DNA of 64,000 nt, taken from contig CBDCKW010000009.1 of assembly GCA_965218435.1 (NCBI GenBank), positions 3,520,001 to 3,584,000 of the forward strand, read 5' to 3'. The notes under the pieces are model-generated. The model ran no database searches and was not told the origin of the DNA. It saw only the letters and a list, made by a program, of their open reading frames with translations. This document shows, in pieces, positions 20,805 through 30,976 of this stretch (within the stretch, counting starts at the first letter, position 1; every line of letters begins with the position of its first letter). The position numbers and the translations under genes are program-made. Source of the DNA: Truepera sp. (lineage in GTDB: Bacteria; Deinococcota; Deinococci; Deinococcales; Trueperaceae).

Positions 20805-21752
20805 TCAGCCCTTAATCCCAGACATCACCAAACCACGGACATAAAAGCGTTGCAGACTCAAAAAGACGAGCGCGAGCGGTACGACCGACACAGCTAAGGC
20901 CGCTTGCCTCAGGGATTGTCCTGAAGGCGTATCGTACGCCGACTGCATCAGGTAGATGCCGACCGTCAGGGGTTGCAAGCTGGGGTTGGTGCGCGTTACC
21001 GTCAGCGTCCAGATAAACTCGTTCCACTGGTATAAAAACACAAACACGCCGAGGGTGACGAGCGCGGGTTTGAGGAGCGGCAACACCACGCTCCAGAAGA
21101 TGCGAAACTCGGACGCGCCGTCGATCCGGGCCGCGTCCAACATGGCGTCGGGGATGCTCACCATAAACTGCCGCATCAGGAATATCCCGTAGTACGTCAC
21201 CATAAACGGCAAGATGACCGCGGCGTAGGTTCCGAGTAAGCCAACGCCGCCCTGCCCGAAGAGGTCGTTACCGCCTGCCAACGGGAAAAAGCGCATGATA
21301 AAAAAGAGCGGGATCAAAAAGAGAAAAAAAGGAAACATCTGTGCGCCGAGCACCGCCCGGAAAATCAGGTTGCGCCCACGAAACTGGTATTTTGCCAGGG
21401 CAAACCCGGCCATCGTGCTGGTGATGAGTTGCAGCACCGTCACGGTTGCGGTAATAAATAAGCTGTTGGCGTACCATTTGAGCATCGGCAGGGCGGTAAA
21501 GACCTGTTCGTAAACGCGCCACTGCGCGACTTTGGGCCAAAATATGGGCGGCGTGGCGACGCGCTCGGCAGGTGTCCGAAGTGCGCCGACGAACATCTCT
21601 AAAAAAGGCAGCAGCACGAGCAGCGCCCCGGCAGCGAGGAGCGTGTACTTGACGATGTTCCAAAAAAGCTGCATCCCTTTCGATGACCTGGCCGGGGGGT
21701 TCGCTTGGGGTTCGCGCTGCGTCAGCGCCGGTTGGCTTTCGGTAACAGCCAT
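20805..21752 (-). CDS. Carbohydrate ABC transporter permease (MalG-like)
   Basis: DAARIDGASE loop, WNEFIW, multiple TM segments. Confidence 0.93.
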   Translation of the reverse strand: MAVTESQPALTQREPQANPPARSSKGMQLFWNIVKYTLLAAGALLVLLPFLEMFVGALRTPAERVATPPIFWPKVAQWRVYEQVFTALPMLKWYANSLFITATVTVLQLITSTMAGFALAKYQFRGRNLIFRAVLGAQMFPFFLFLIPLFFIMRFFPLAGGNDLFGQGGVGLLGTYAAVILPFMVTYYGIFLMRQFMVSIPDAMLDAARIDGASEFRIFWSVVLPLLKPALVTLGVFVFLYQWNEFIWTLTVTRTNPSLQPLTVGIYLMQSAYDTPSGQSLRQAALAVSVVPLALVFLSLQRFYVRGLVMSGIKG

Positions 21753-22672
21753 CAGTACGCCTCGAGCCCGCCGCGTCTAAAAAAGCGCAGCTGAATGGCC
21801 GTCAAGATAATAATGATCACAAAGAGCACAAACGCCGCTGCCGACGCCCGCCCTAAACGCAAATCTTCAAACGCCGTCTGGTACATGTAAAACGCCGTGA
21901 CATTGGTGCTTCCGGCGGGGCCACCGTTCGTCAGCGCCAGGATAAGACCGAACGCGCCCATCCCGCCGATAAAACTCGTGACGGTCACAAACAGCAGGGT
22001 CGGGCGTAAAAGCGGCAACGTGACGTGCCAAAAACTCTGCCAGAGGTTGGCTCCGTCGACTTCGGCGGCTTCGCTGTACGAACTGTCGATGCCCTCGAGC
22101 CCCGCCGAAAAGATCAGCATATTCGCCCCCAGTCCGGTCCAAATCGCCACGATGATCACCGCCCACATCGCGACTCGCGGATCGGTCAGCCAGTTGGGAC
22201 CGACCACGCCGAAAACGCCTAAAAGCCGGTTGAAAAGCCCGTAACGCCCATCTAAGATAAACGACCATAAGTAGGCGATGGCGACGACGTTGGTAATCAT
22301 CGGCAGCCAGTAGATTGAGCGCCAAAACGCCCGGAAACGGCTCTCGGTAAAGGTAAACGCGATCAAGAGCGCCAGCGGAATCCCTAAAAAGACCGTGCCG
22401 CCCGCGTAAAAAAGCGTATTGAGGAGCGACCGCCGGAAGTTATTGTCTTGCAAGATAAAGGTGAAGTTGTCCAACCCGATAAAACGCGGCGCGGAAAGCC
22501 CGTTCCACCGGGTAAAGGTCAGGTAGAGCGAAAACCCTACCGGTAAAAGGAAAAAAACGACAAAAAAGACCAAGACGGGTGCCAAAAACGCGTAGGGTGC
22601 CCAGTCTTTTTGCTGTCTTTTACGGCGGGGAGGAGCTGTCAGCGGCCCCCTCCCCGGCGACGTCGTGCTCAT
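21752..22672 (-). CDS. Carbohydrate ABC transporter permease (MalF-like)
   Basis: FIGLDNF, EAAEVDGA, TNGGPAGST. Confidence 0.93.
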   Translation of the reverse strand: MSTTSPGRGPLTAPPRRKRQQKDWAPYAFLAPVLVFFVVFFLLPVGFSLYLTFTRWNGLSAPRFIGLDNFTFILQDNNFRRSLLNTLFYAGGTVFLGIPLALLIAFTFTESRFRAFWRSIYWLPMITNVVAIAYLWSFILDGRYGLFNRLLGVFGVVGPNWLTDPRVAMWAVIIVAIWTGLGANMLIFSAGLEGIDSSYSEAAEVDGANLWQSFWHVTLPLLRPTLLFVTVTSFIGGMGAFGLILALTNGGPAGSTNVTAFYMYQTAFEDLRLGRASAAAFVLFVIIIILTAIQLRFFRRGGLEAY

Positions 22673-23940
22673 CAGTAAAATTCAGCCAAGATCGCGGTGA
22701 TCTCTTGGTCGGCTTGAGCTAGCGCTGCGTCGGGGGCCATATCGCCCCGGTAGGCTTTGAGCAAGTAGGTTTGCAAAATGGTCTCGATTTCAGACGCTTG
22801 GATGACGTTGGGTTCGGTGACCGAGCGCGACAATGCGTCGGCAAAAGGGGCGGTAAAAAAGTCACCGAGTTGATCTTGGGACGCGTTGATGTCGGCGTTG
22901 TTGGCAGTCAGCGCACCGAGCCCAACTAACATCTGACCCATACACGAGGGGCCGCCCTCTTGCTGCGCACTTTCCTGCGAGTTCAGCCATTTGATAAACG
23001 CCCACGACTCGTCTTGCATCTTGCTGTTGGCGGCGACGCCGAAGAAAAAGGCGTACTGCAAGCTTTTCCAATTGGGTCCCATAGGGATTTGACTGACCCC
23101 GACGGTATTTTCAAAGTCGTCGCCGAAAACCTCGCGGAAAGTGCCCTCTTGCCAGCTGGCCTGGACGGTCATCGCCACGTCGCCCGACTTAAAGGCGTCC
23201 GAATCGACGTTGAGGTCGGCAGAACCGGCCTTAAAAAGATCAACCATTTCTTGCAAAGAGGCGAGCGCCTCGGGAGAGTTCAGGTTGGTTTCGGTGAAGT
23301 CGTCGTTAAAGAGGTCCATGCCTTTGGAGTAGAGGTGCGTCAGGTAACGGTGGACTACTCCGGCGACGCTCGGGTAGTAGTCCGCGTAACCGATCTGTGT
23401 CGCGCGGCCCTGCGCGTCTCGTTTAGTCGTCGCCGCAGCGTCTTTCATCAGCTCGTCCCAGGTTTTGGGCGGCGCTTCGATCCCCGCAGCTTGAAAGATC
23501 TTTTTGTTATACACCAGCAAGTAGTTGGCGACCTCGGTCGGTACCCCCCACACCTGGTTGTTAATCGTCACGGCGTCTACGGTACTTGGCACGTAGCCGT
23601 CGTTGACAAAGCTCAAAATGTCGTCGGGGGGCGTGGCGAGCAGGCCGTTATCAACGAGCTGCGCGGCCCAGATCGAATAGACGTGGTAGATATCCGGTGA
23701 CTGACCGCCCAACCGTGCGGTTAGGATGGTTTGCAAGTAGTCGCCGTAAGGAATCTGCTGATGGATGACCTTGACGCCCGTTTCCTCCTGGTACTGCTTA
23801 AAGCAGGGCTCGAGCACCTTGATGTTTTCCGGTGGATAGTGCGTCGCTAACGTGATCGTTTGCGCGGCGGCCGTGCCAGAAACGGCTGCGAGCAAAGCGA
23901 GTAGCGACAAGACTACGACTGAGGGCAAAAATCTCTTCAT
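22672..23940 (-). CDS. Carbohydrate ABC transporter substrate-binding protein
   Basis: Signal peptide, LVYNKKIF..AGIEAPPKTWDEL, WAFIKWL. Confidence 0.9.
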   Translation of the reverse strand: MKRFLPSVVVLSLLALLAAVSGTAAAQTITLATHYPPENIKVLEPCFKQYQEETGVKVIHQQIPYGDYLQTILTARLGGQSPDIYHVYSIWAAQLVDNGLLATPPDDILSFVNDGYVPSTVDAVTINNQVWGVPTEVANYLLVYNKKIFQAAGIEAPPKTWDELMKDAAATTKRDAQGRATQIGYADYYPSVAGVVHRYLTHLYSKGMDLFNDDFTETNLNSPEALASLQEMVDLFKAGSADLNVDSDAFKSGDVAMTVQASWQEGTFREVFGDDFENTVGVSQIPMGPNWKSLQYAFFFGVAANSKMQDESWAFIKWLNSQESAQQEGGPSCMGQMLVGLGALTANNADINASQDQLGDFFTAPFADALSRSVTEPNVIQASEIETILQTYLLKAYRGDMAPDAALAQADQEITAILAEFY

Positions 23941-24123
23941 AAGTTTTCCCTTCGGTTCGGCAGGTAACGTTCGATCTACCCTTATATCCTACTTTGTTAA
24001 GAGGCGCACCAAAAGCCGGGTTGATTACGTTTGGCCGCCTTTAGCTTCGGTAGAACTACGCTAAAACGGTTAAAAATCCGCCACCTAAAGGCGTAGCATG
24101 GGTAGAGAGTGTTCGAGAAATAA

Positions 24124-24294
24124 CCCCTACTCGAGCTCGAGTATGAAGCGGTGCTGCTCCGCTATGAGGCCGACTTGTCAGTTAGTATGCAAGACATCGG
24201 TGTGCTGCTCGGTTACCTTTGCCGCGTAGGTGAAGCGCACAGCATCTTCTTTTTGCGGCGACCTGTACTTAGGGTTATCAACTTGCGGGCTTAA
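24124..24294 (+). pseudogene. Remnant resembling the middle of a PIN-domain toxin
   Basis: Start-less frame PLLELEYEAVLLRYEADLSVSMQDIGVLLGYLCRVGEAHSIFFLRRPVL resembles the PLxLEYE..L.R...D...LLDYLC...IFFLWRP pattern I recall for PIN_3-type toxins. Confidence 0.5.
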
Positions 24295-24674
24295 CCTGTG
24301 AGCTAGAGGCTATGATGAACTTCCGAAGCGGGTCTTGCTCAGTTGGGAATGCTCGCAGTGTTCCGTCCTGCTGGGCTTTTCTAAGGCTCCACTTGGCTTT
24401 TACAAGCCTTACGGAACTTGTCATTGACGGTTAGTTACCGTACCTGAAGGTGCGAGCAGGCTCAGGGCCGAAGCTTGCGTCTACAACGGCTTCCAGAAAC
24501 GCATCTTCTGACTGGAGTTCATAACACGCTCTAAGCTGCACATACTTTCCGGGGCATAACTCGAGCCCACTTGGGCGCAGTGCCCTCAAACCCAGAAACT
24601 CGGCCCTAACCGGCTAGCTAGCACGGTGGGTTCTCGGTATACTCGTTACATTACAGTGGATACTTTAAGGAGGC

Positions 24675-25448
24675 GTGATGTCGCTGAGCTGGCGGTTAAG
24701 GTACAGGTTGAGACGTGGGCCGAATAGGTTGAGATATAGAGCGTCGGGGACGCGGTGGCAAAAGTGGCTGGGCGTTGGGCTGTTGCCCCTGGCGCTGTCT
24801 TGGGGCGCTGCGCAAACCCAAACGACCGGGCAATCCCAGAGCACTGACTCAACCGCCAAGTCAACCGCCGAGTTAACCACTGTGCCAACCGCCGCGCCGC
24901 TCCCAACAGTTTCGCAAGACGCGACCCGCGCTGAACTTTTAGACCTGCTCAATCAGGTGCAGACGCAGCTGCAAGAACTCGGCGCTCAATCTGAGCCGGG
25001 ACAAAAGACAGACGCGCAGCTTACCGAACTTCGCTCCCAGCTCGAGGTGCTCCTTTTGCAAGCTCAGCTCGAGCGGTTGCAACGCGAGAACAGCACCTTA
25101 GCCGAGCAGTTACGGAGCCGCACCTCGTCCTCGCTGAAAGATGCGGGGGCGCTCGAGGGCCAGATCACACAGCTTAAGGCGCGGCAAGACAACATGAATC
25201 AGCAGATGGAGGTGATTGCCCACCAGCACGCCGAAATCTTAGAATATTCAGACCTCGGAAAAGGTGAGCCGAAGACCCACAAGGTGCAAGTCGGTGATTC
25301 ACTTTCAAAACTCGCTTTGGAGTATTACGATGACGCAATGCGCTGGACCGACATCTTGAAAGCGAATCCTAAAATCACTGATCCCAATATCCTTATGCCC
25401 GGAACGGAGCTGACGATTCCTGCCAAACAGGACGAAGCGTCTAACTGA
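24675..25448 (+). CDS. Exported/membrane-anchored coiled-coil protein with C-terminal LysM domain
   Basis: AAGGAGG RBS, Arg-rich N-terminus plus hydrophobic segment, Q/L/E heptads, HKVQVGDSLSKLA..YY...W..I..AN..I.DPN.L.PG..L.IP. Confidence 0.85.
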   Translation: MMSLSWRLRYRLRRGPNRLRYRASGTRWQKWLGVGLLPLALSWGAAQTQTTGQSQSTDSTAKSTAELTTVPTAAPLPTVSQDATRAELLDLLNQVQTQLQELGAQSEPGQKTDAQLTELRSQLEVLLLQAQLERLQRENSTLAEQLRSRTSSSLKDAGALEGQITQLKARQDNMNQQMEVIAHQHAEILEYSDLGKGEPKTHKVQVGDSLSKLALEYYDDAMRWTDILKANPKITDPNILMPGTELTIPAKQDEASN

Positions 25449-25630
25449 CACGCGTTCAACCAACCTGGCGACACCTGACCTCGTGACGTCGCGTGAGGTA
25501 GCCTCGGGAAAGACAAGACCCGCATACAGGTCAGTGTGGACGGCCTTCTAAATTTTGGTTTGAGGTCTCGAGCTGCTCGGTGGCATTTCTTATCAACCGC
25601 TCGGGTCAGGGTGCGCGGTAAAGTAAAGGG

Positions 25631-26842
25631 ATGAAGATTCTCCACACCGCCGACTGGCACGCCGGGCGAGTTTTACATGGTCAGCCGCGCACGCCTGAAA
25701 TCCGCGACGCGCTGCGTGAAATCGCTGAGCTGGCCAAAGCTGAGGCCGTTGACCTCGTGCTCGTCGCCGGGGACCTCTACGACACCCGCAACCCCGGCGC
25801 GGAGGCTGAAACTGCCGTTTACGAGTTTTTTAAGACGTTGGGTGACGCGCAGATTCCAAGTGTAGTCATCGCGGGCAACCACGACGCACCGGGGCGGCTC
25901 GAGGCCGCCGCCGGACTTTTAGGATTAGCTGGAGTTTACGTCGTCGGCGAACCTAAAGTTGCTCAGCAGGGTGGCGTCTTTACCCTCCAGCTTGGAAACG
26001 AAACGGCCCGAATTGCGGCGCTGCCGTTCGTCTCCGAGCGGCGTATCGTCAAAGTGCATGAGCTGTTGGGTAGCGACCCCGGCGCGTGGCGCGAAGGTTA
26101 CCGCGAGGGGATGCGCAAACTTATCAACAACTTGACCGGTGCGTTCAAAACCGATGCGGTCAACCTTTTGCTGCTCCACACGACGACCGAGGGAGCCAAA
26201 CTCGCGCATTCCGAATACGAGTTTCACTGTACCGACGCCTATACGCTCGCCCCCGACCTGTTCCCCGACACGTGTAACTACGTGGCGCTCGGGCACATCC
26301 ATATGCCGCAACGGGTGCAGGGGTTGCCGGAAAATGCGGGCCGTTACGCCGGGTCGGTCGTACAGCTCGATTTTGGCGAGCAGGGCGATACGAAGTACGT
26401 TTACATCCTCGAGGCCAAAGCGGGCAAACCCACACAGGTCTTAAAAGAACACGCGCTCCAGGCGGGTAAACGCCTGAAACGGGTCAGCGTCTCACGGGAC
26501 GAATTGGACCGGAAACTAAGTGAACTCGAGTGGGACGGCTGGCTCAAGCTTTCGCTTAAGCTCGAGCGCCCCGACCCCGGCTTAAAAGACCGTTTGAAAC
26601 GCGACTATCCCAACTTGCTGGTGGTCGAGCAACTCTTACCCGAGCGCGAACGTCTGGCAGAGCGCCCCACCGACCAACGCAACTTAAACTTGCTAGACGC
26701 CTACGCGCAGTTTTACGACGATGAGCGTGCGACGGCCTTGCCCGAAGACTTGCGCCGCGCTTTCAGCGAGCTTTATGAGCAGACACAACCCCTCGCCGAC
26801 GACGCCAGCACCGAACCTAACGCTGAACCTACCGCACTGTGA
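25631..26842 (+). CDS. sbcD: Nuclease SbcCD subunit D
   Basis: HTADWH, AGDLYD, AGNHD, ALGHIH, YAGS. Confidence 0.95.
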   Translation: MKILHTADWHAGRVLHGQPRTPEIRDALREIAELAKAEAVDLVLVAGDLYDTRNPGAEAETAVYEFFKTLGDAQIPSVVIAGNHDAPGRLEAAAGLLGLAGVYVVGEPKVAQQGGVFTLQLGNETARIAALPFVSERRIVKVHELLGSDPGAWREGYREGMRKLINNLTGAFKTDAVNLLLLHTTTEGAKLAHSEYEFHCTDAYTLAPDLFPDTCNYVALGHIHMPQRVQGLPENAGRYAGSVVQLDFGEQGDTKYVYILEAKAGKPTQVLKEHALQAGKRLKRVSVSRDELDRKLSELEWDGWLKLSLKLERPDPGLKDRLKRDYPNLLVVEQLLPERERLAERPTDQRNLNLLDAYAQFYDDERATALPEDLRRAFSELYEQTQPLADDASTEPNAEPTAL

Positions 26843-29613
26843 GGCCCTTAAAACTTGTGCTCAGCGGCTTCACCTGTTTTCGTGAACCGACCGAAGTCAA
26901 TTTTGAAGACCTGGAGCTGTTCGCCATCTCCGGGATGACGGGTTCGGGTAAATCAACGCTTCTGGACGCGATGACCTACGCGCTTTACGGTCAGACGGCT
27001 CGGCTCGGTACCCGCTTGGGCGATACCCTTTTTAGTCCGAATTTAGACAAACTGAGCGTGCAGCTCACCTTTCGGACCGGCGCTGAGACGTACCGGGTCG
27101 CGCGGATTTCTGAGCGTAAAGGCGCACGCGGCCCCAAAAATGAAACGCGCGTCGAGCACCTCGGCCCGGACGCGTCGTGGAAGCAGCTCGCCGACAGTGA
27201 AAAACTTAAAGACGCCGACCGCAAACTTGAAGAGATCGTCGGCCTGACCTACGACAACTTTACCCGCGCGGTCTTGCTCCCGCAGGGCGCGTTTGACCGC
27301 TTTTTACACGCCAAACCCGGCGAGCGCACGAACCTCTTGCGTGACCTGTTGGGCCTATCTATCACCGCCGAGATGCAAAAAAGGGCAAATACCACCGCGA
27401 AAGAGGCCGACCTGCAGGCCAAAGGCATCGAAGAACGCCTGACGCATGACTACGCGGATGTGACCCCTGAGCGAAAACGGGCGCTCAATCAAGAACTCTT
27501 AGAGCTGATGGACGAACAAAAGGCGCTGCTGAGGGCTCGAGGTACGCTCGCGGAACGGGTTCAAGAGCTGAAAGCGTTACAGAGTTTGCTCGAGGAACAA
27601 GCCGGGGTGGGGCGTAAATTGGTGGCGCTCCGGGCACGAGAAGATGAGATGACGCGGGCTAAAGAGCGGTTAGCAAAGGCTAAAGACGCCGAGACGTTGT
27701 TACCTTACCTGAACGACCTCGAGACCCGCCTGCGTAAAGTTCAGACGCTGAGCCGCCAGCAAGAGCAGCTTAAAAACGACCTGCTGGGAGCCGAAACTGC
27801 GCTCGGCAAAGCTCAAACTGCCTTAAAAACTGCTGAAAGTGACGCCCAAACGCTCCCCGACCTCGCTACTCGGATGGAAGGGCTCGCGGAGACGCGGCCC
27901 CTATTGACGCGGCTTAAAAGTCAAGGCGGCTCGTTAAAACTGGCTGAGAATGAGCGAGAACCCTACAGCGAGGCCGCGTGGGACGCGTTGCGGGACCAGC
28001 TGCGGGAGTTGCCGGGGCTCGAGCGGGCACGCGGTGACGTGACCGACATGCAGATGCGCCGCAATCAGGCCCAAACAGAAAAAGAGGAGGTTGCAGCGCA
28101 GCTGCAAAAGGCGCAAACCGCCCTGACTAGACTCACCACCGAAGGCAAAGGAGCCAAAGCTCGCCGTGAACACGCTGAAACCGCCTATGACGAGGCTGTT
28201 CAAGCGGCCCCGGCTGCCGCACTTCGGCCCCACCTGCATGTGGGTGAAGCGTGCCCGGTTTGTGAACAGACGGTCGCCACGCTGCCGCCCTCCATCACGA
28301 ATGACCTGACCGACCTCAAAGCGGCCAGGGACAAAGCTGTGAAGCTTCACGAACAGTTGCAAGAGGCTTATACGGAGCAGCGCACGACCTTAAAAACGCT
28401 CGAGGCCCGCTTGAGTGACGTGTCTGAACGCGCCGCCCGCGCGGAAGAAGACCTGAATCACCGCACCGAATTGCTCAACACCTTGACCGACAAGTTGGGC
28501 GAACGTGAACCGTCTCGGTTACGTGCCAAACTCACGGCCAAACAGCGGGCGCTCTTAGCCGGTTTAGCGGCGAGCATTTTAGAGAAAACCGGGGGCTCGG
28601 ACCCCGAAGCGGCGCACGCCGCGCTGACTCAAGAACGCACCCGGCTCGAGGCTGGGTTGCGGCAGGCACAAACCGCCTTTCACGCGGCGCAGCGCACCGC
28701 CGACCGCCTGAACGCCGAAGCGTTTGGCATCGGTGAACGGTTGGGTGAGGCGGTAGACGCGCAAGCCCAAGCCGACAAAGTATTTGCCGAACTCTTGTCG
28801 CGCACCAGCTTTCCCAACCCGGACGCGCTCCGCGCCGCCGCGCTCCCCGCCGAGCAGCAGCGCACCCTCACGGAGAAAACCGAACGCTACGCGCACGATA
28901 AGGAGCAGCTCTCGAGGCAAGCCCAAGGATTAGACGAGCGGCTGGCTGGCAAAACCCTCGAGCCCGGTGCGTTAGAAATAGCCCGTACCGAACAGGCGCA
29001 GACCGAAACGCGTTTGGGCGAAGTGCAGAGCCGTCTGGGAGCCCTTAAGGGCGAGCTGAAACGTCTAGCAGAACAGCTGGAGACCGCTAAACGCCTCCGC
29101 CAAGAGCGGGGTGAACTCGAGAAAACCGCCGCACTTTACGGCACGCTCTCCCGTGACCTGATGGTCAACAACTTTCCGGCGTATATGTTGGAGCGCGTCC
29201 AGGCCGAACTCGCGCAGCGTGCCTCGGACATCTTAAAGACCGTGACCGAAGGCCGTTACGACCTCTTTTTTCGCGGCGACGAGTACGTCGTGTTGGACGC
29301 CTGGACAGGTTCCGAGCGGAGCGCCCGGACGCTCTCGGGTGGCGAGTCGTTTATCACCTCGCTGGCGCTGGCGTTAGCCCTTTCCGATACGCTCGCCGGG
29401 AGCACGTCTTTAGGCGCACTCTTTTTAGACGAAGGCTTCGGCACGCTCGACGCGGAAACCCTAGAGGGCGTTGCCAAGGTGCTAGAGTCTTTGACCGCGC
29501 ACGGGCGGATGGTCGGCGTGATTACGCACGTCGCTGCCCTGACCGAACGGTTACCGGACAGGCTTATTGTCCACAAAGGGCCGGAAGGGTCGGTGGTGAC
29601 GTGGGAGGTGTAG
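26839..29613 (+). CDS. sbcC: Nuclease SbcCD subunit C
   Basis: GMTGSGKS, LPQGAF, CPVC zinc hook, LSGGE, LFLDEGFG. GTGA overlap with sbcD. Confidence 0.95.
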   Translation: MRPLKLVLSGFTCFREPTEVNFEDLELFAISGMTGSGKSTLLDAMTYALYGQTARLGTRLGDTLFSPNLDKLSVQLTFRTGAETYRVARISERKGARGPKNETRVEHLGPDASWKQLADSEKLKDADRKLEEIVGLTYDNFTRAVLLPQGAFDRFLHAKPGERTNLLRDLLGLSITAEMQKRANTTAKEADLQAKGIEERLTHDYADVTPERKRALNQELLELMDEQKALLRARGTLAERVQELKALQSLLEEQAGVGRKLVALRAREDEMTRAKERLAKAKDAETLLPYLNDLETRLRKVQTLSRQQEQLKNDLLGAETALGKAQTALKTAESDAQTLPDLATRMEGLAETRPLLTRLKSQGGSLKLAENEREPYSEAAWDALRDQLRELPGLERARGDVTDMQMRRNQAQTEKEEVAAQLQKAQTALTRLTTEGKGAKARREHAETAYDEAVQAAPAAALRPHLHVGEACPVCEQTVATLPPSITNDLTDLKAARDKAVKLHEQLQEAYTEQRTTLKTLEARLSDVSERAARAEEDLNHRTELLNTLTDKLGEREPSRLRAKLTAKQRALLAGLAASILEKTGGSDPEAAHAALTQERTRLEAGLRQAQTAFHAAQRTADRLNAEAFGIGERLGEAVDAQAQADKVFAELLSRTSFPNPDALRAAALPAEQQRTLTEKTERYAHDKEQLSRQAQGLDERLAGKTLEPGALEIARTEQAQTETRLGEVQSRLGALKGELKRLAEQLETAKRLRQERGELEKTAALYGTLSRDLMVNNFPAYMLERVQAELAQRASDILKTVTEGRYDLFFRGDEYVVLDAWTGSERSARTLSGGESFITSLALALALSDTLAGSTSLGALFLDEGFGTLDAETLEGVAKVLESLTAHGRMVGVITHVAALTERLPDRLIVHKGPEGSVVTWEV

Positions 29614-29618
29614 ACACT

Positions 29619-30467
29619 GTGAACGCAGTGTTAGACAAGTTGGTCGGACTCCTCTCCGAATTGCCGCAGGTCGAAGCGGTGGCGCTCGGGGGCTCGAGGT
29701 CAGGCGCACACGCCGACGCCGCTTCGGACTTTGACCTTTACATTTGTACGGACGACATCATCCCCTTAGAAACGCGGCGGAGCATCGTGCAAAGGTTGGG
29801 CGGCGCGTCTTGGGACAATCTGGGTCACGACTATTTCGGCGGCGGCGACGAGTGGCATGACGCGGGGACGGGCGGCCACTTTGACGCGATGTACTTTAGC
29901 TTGGAGTGGTTGCGCGAACAAGTCGAGCGTCCGCTCAAACACCATCAGCCGAGTTTAGGCTACACCACGGCGTTTGCCTATACGGTGGACCGTTCTCGCA
30001 TCCTTTACGACCCGCAGGGTAAATTTGCGGCGCTTCAAACACTAGCTTCAGCACCCTACCCTGAGGCGCTTCGAGAGTCCATTGTCCGCTACAACCATCC
30101 CCTTTTACGCGAGACCATCTCGTCGTACTTCGCGCAGCTGACCAAAGCTGTCACTCGTAACGACCTTGTAAGTGTCAACCACCGTTTGGCCGCACTTTTA
30201 GCGAGCTACTTCGATATTCTTTTTGCCGTAAACCGGGCGCTGCAGCCGGGCGAAAAGCGGCTCTTGCAACTTGCCGGAGAGTTGCCGAGCTTGCCGGAAA
30301 ACTTCGGGCGAGACGTAACCACAACGCTTTCTGCAACGGGGGATGAACTTTTGGGCGCTCTAACCCGTCAGTTGGACACGCTTGACGTGTGGCTCACGCG
30401 TGAAGGGTTTGACGTCGCAACCTCAAGGTCGGGTCCGCTCGGGGTAGACCACACGGCGGAAGATTAA
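29619..30467 (+). CDS. Nucleotidyltransferase-domain protein (DUF4037-like)
   Basis: LGGSRS...DAASDFDLY motif, SYFDILFAVNR..PGEKRL. Confidence 0.75.
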   Translation: MNAVLDKLVGLLSELPQVEAVALGGSRSGAHADAASDFDLYICTDDIIPLETRRSIVQRLGGASWDNLGHDYFGGGDEWHDAGTGGHFDAMYFSLEWLREQVERPLKHHQPSLGYTTAFAYTVDRSRILYDPQGKFAALQTLASAPYPEALRESIVRYNHPLLRETISSYFAQLTKAVTRNDLVSVNHRLAALLASYFDILFAVNRALQPGEKRLLQLAGELPSLPENFGRDVTTTLSATGDELLGALTRQLDTLDVWLTREGFDVATSRSGPLGVDHTAED

Positions 30468-30471
30468 AGTT

Positions 30472-30798
30472 TCACCTCGTTATTCGAGGATCGATCCGGT
30501 CAACATACAGTTTTGCCTCTTTAAGTCCTGCGCCCGTTTCCTGCTGCACGTGTTTGGTGGCCCCCACCTTGTTGCCGCTGTCAACAAGCGTCTGCACCTC
30601 GCGCTGCTGCACTTCAGAAAGCTGAATAGGTGTTGCGGTAGCCGAGCTGCGTTTACGGTAGGACGAACCGACAGCGATAAAAGCAGCACCTAACGCAGTA
30701 AAAACAGCCCCCTGAGCGGTGTCGGCACCTAAAAAATTGACCACTGCAGTTAGAAAAAAGAGTCCGGCTGCAACGTAAAAAAGGGTAGTCTGACGCAC
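30472..30798 (-). CDS. Two-TM membrane protein with C-terminal ribosomal L7/L12-CTD-like motif
   Basis: Two hydrophobic helices then GNKVGATKHVQQETGAGLKEAKLYVD. AAGGAGG RBS. Confidence 0.7.
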   Translation of the reverse strand: MRQTTLFYVAAGLFFLTAVVNFLGADTAQGAVFTALGAAFIAVGSSYRKRSSATATPIQLSEVQQREVQTLVDSGNKVGATKHVQQETGAGLKEAKLYVDRIDPRITR

Positions 30799-30976
30799 GA
30801 TGCCTCCTTCGGTTGAGAAGCTGACCTGAGGTTAGCCTTTAGCGACGTTCGTAACACGGTACATCAGCTGCAGGTTACTGAGGTGAGACCGTAGGTGGCG
30901 TGCGGCTTTTACTGATTTTTACGGTTGGGTTGCTGCGCTCGAGGTCACCCCTCAGCTGCTCGAGGTAAGCTGGCTC

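Noticed and set aside
22960..23700. Long antisense or alternative-frame ORFs (also 7076-7696, 52494-53165, 2343-2783 and others)
   Set aside because: They overlap well-supported genes, lack motifs and are expected in GC-rich DNA.
25631..30467. sbcD-sbcC plus nucleotidyltransferase as a Wadjet/CBASS-like defence operon
   Set aside because: SbcCD look canonical, and the NTase resembles a DUF4037-type minimal NTase with no adjacent effector.
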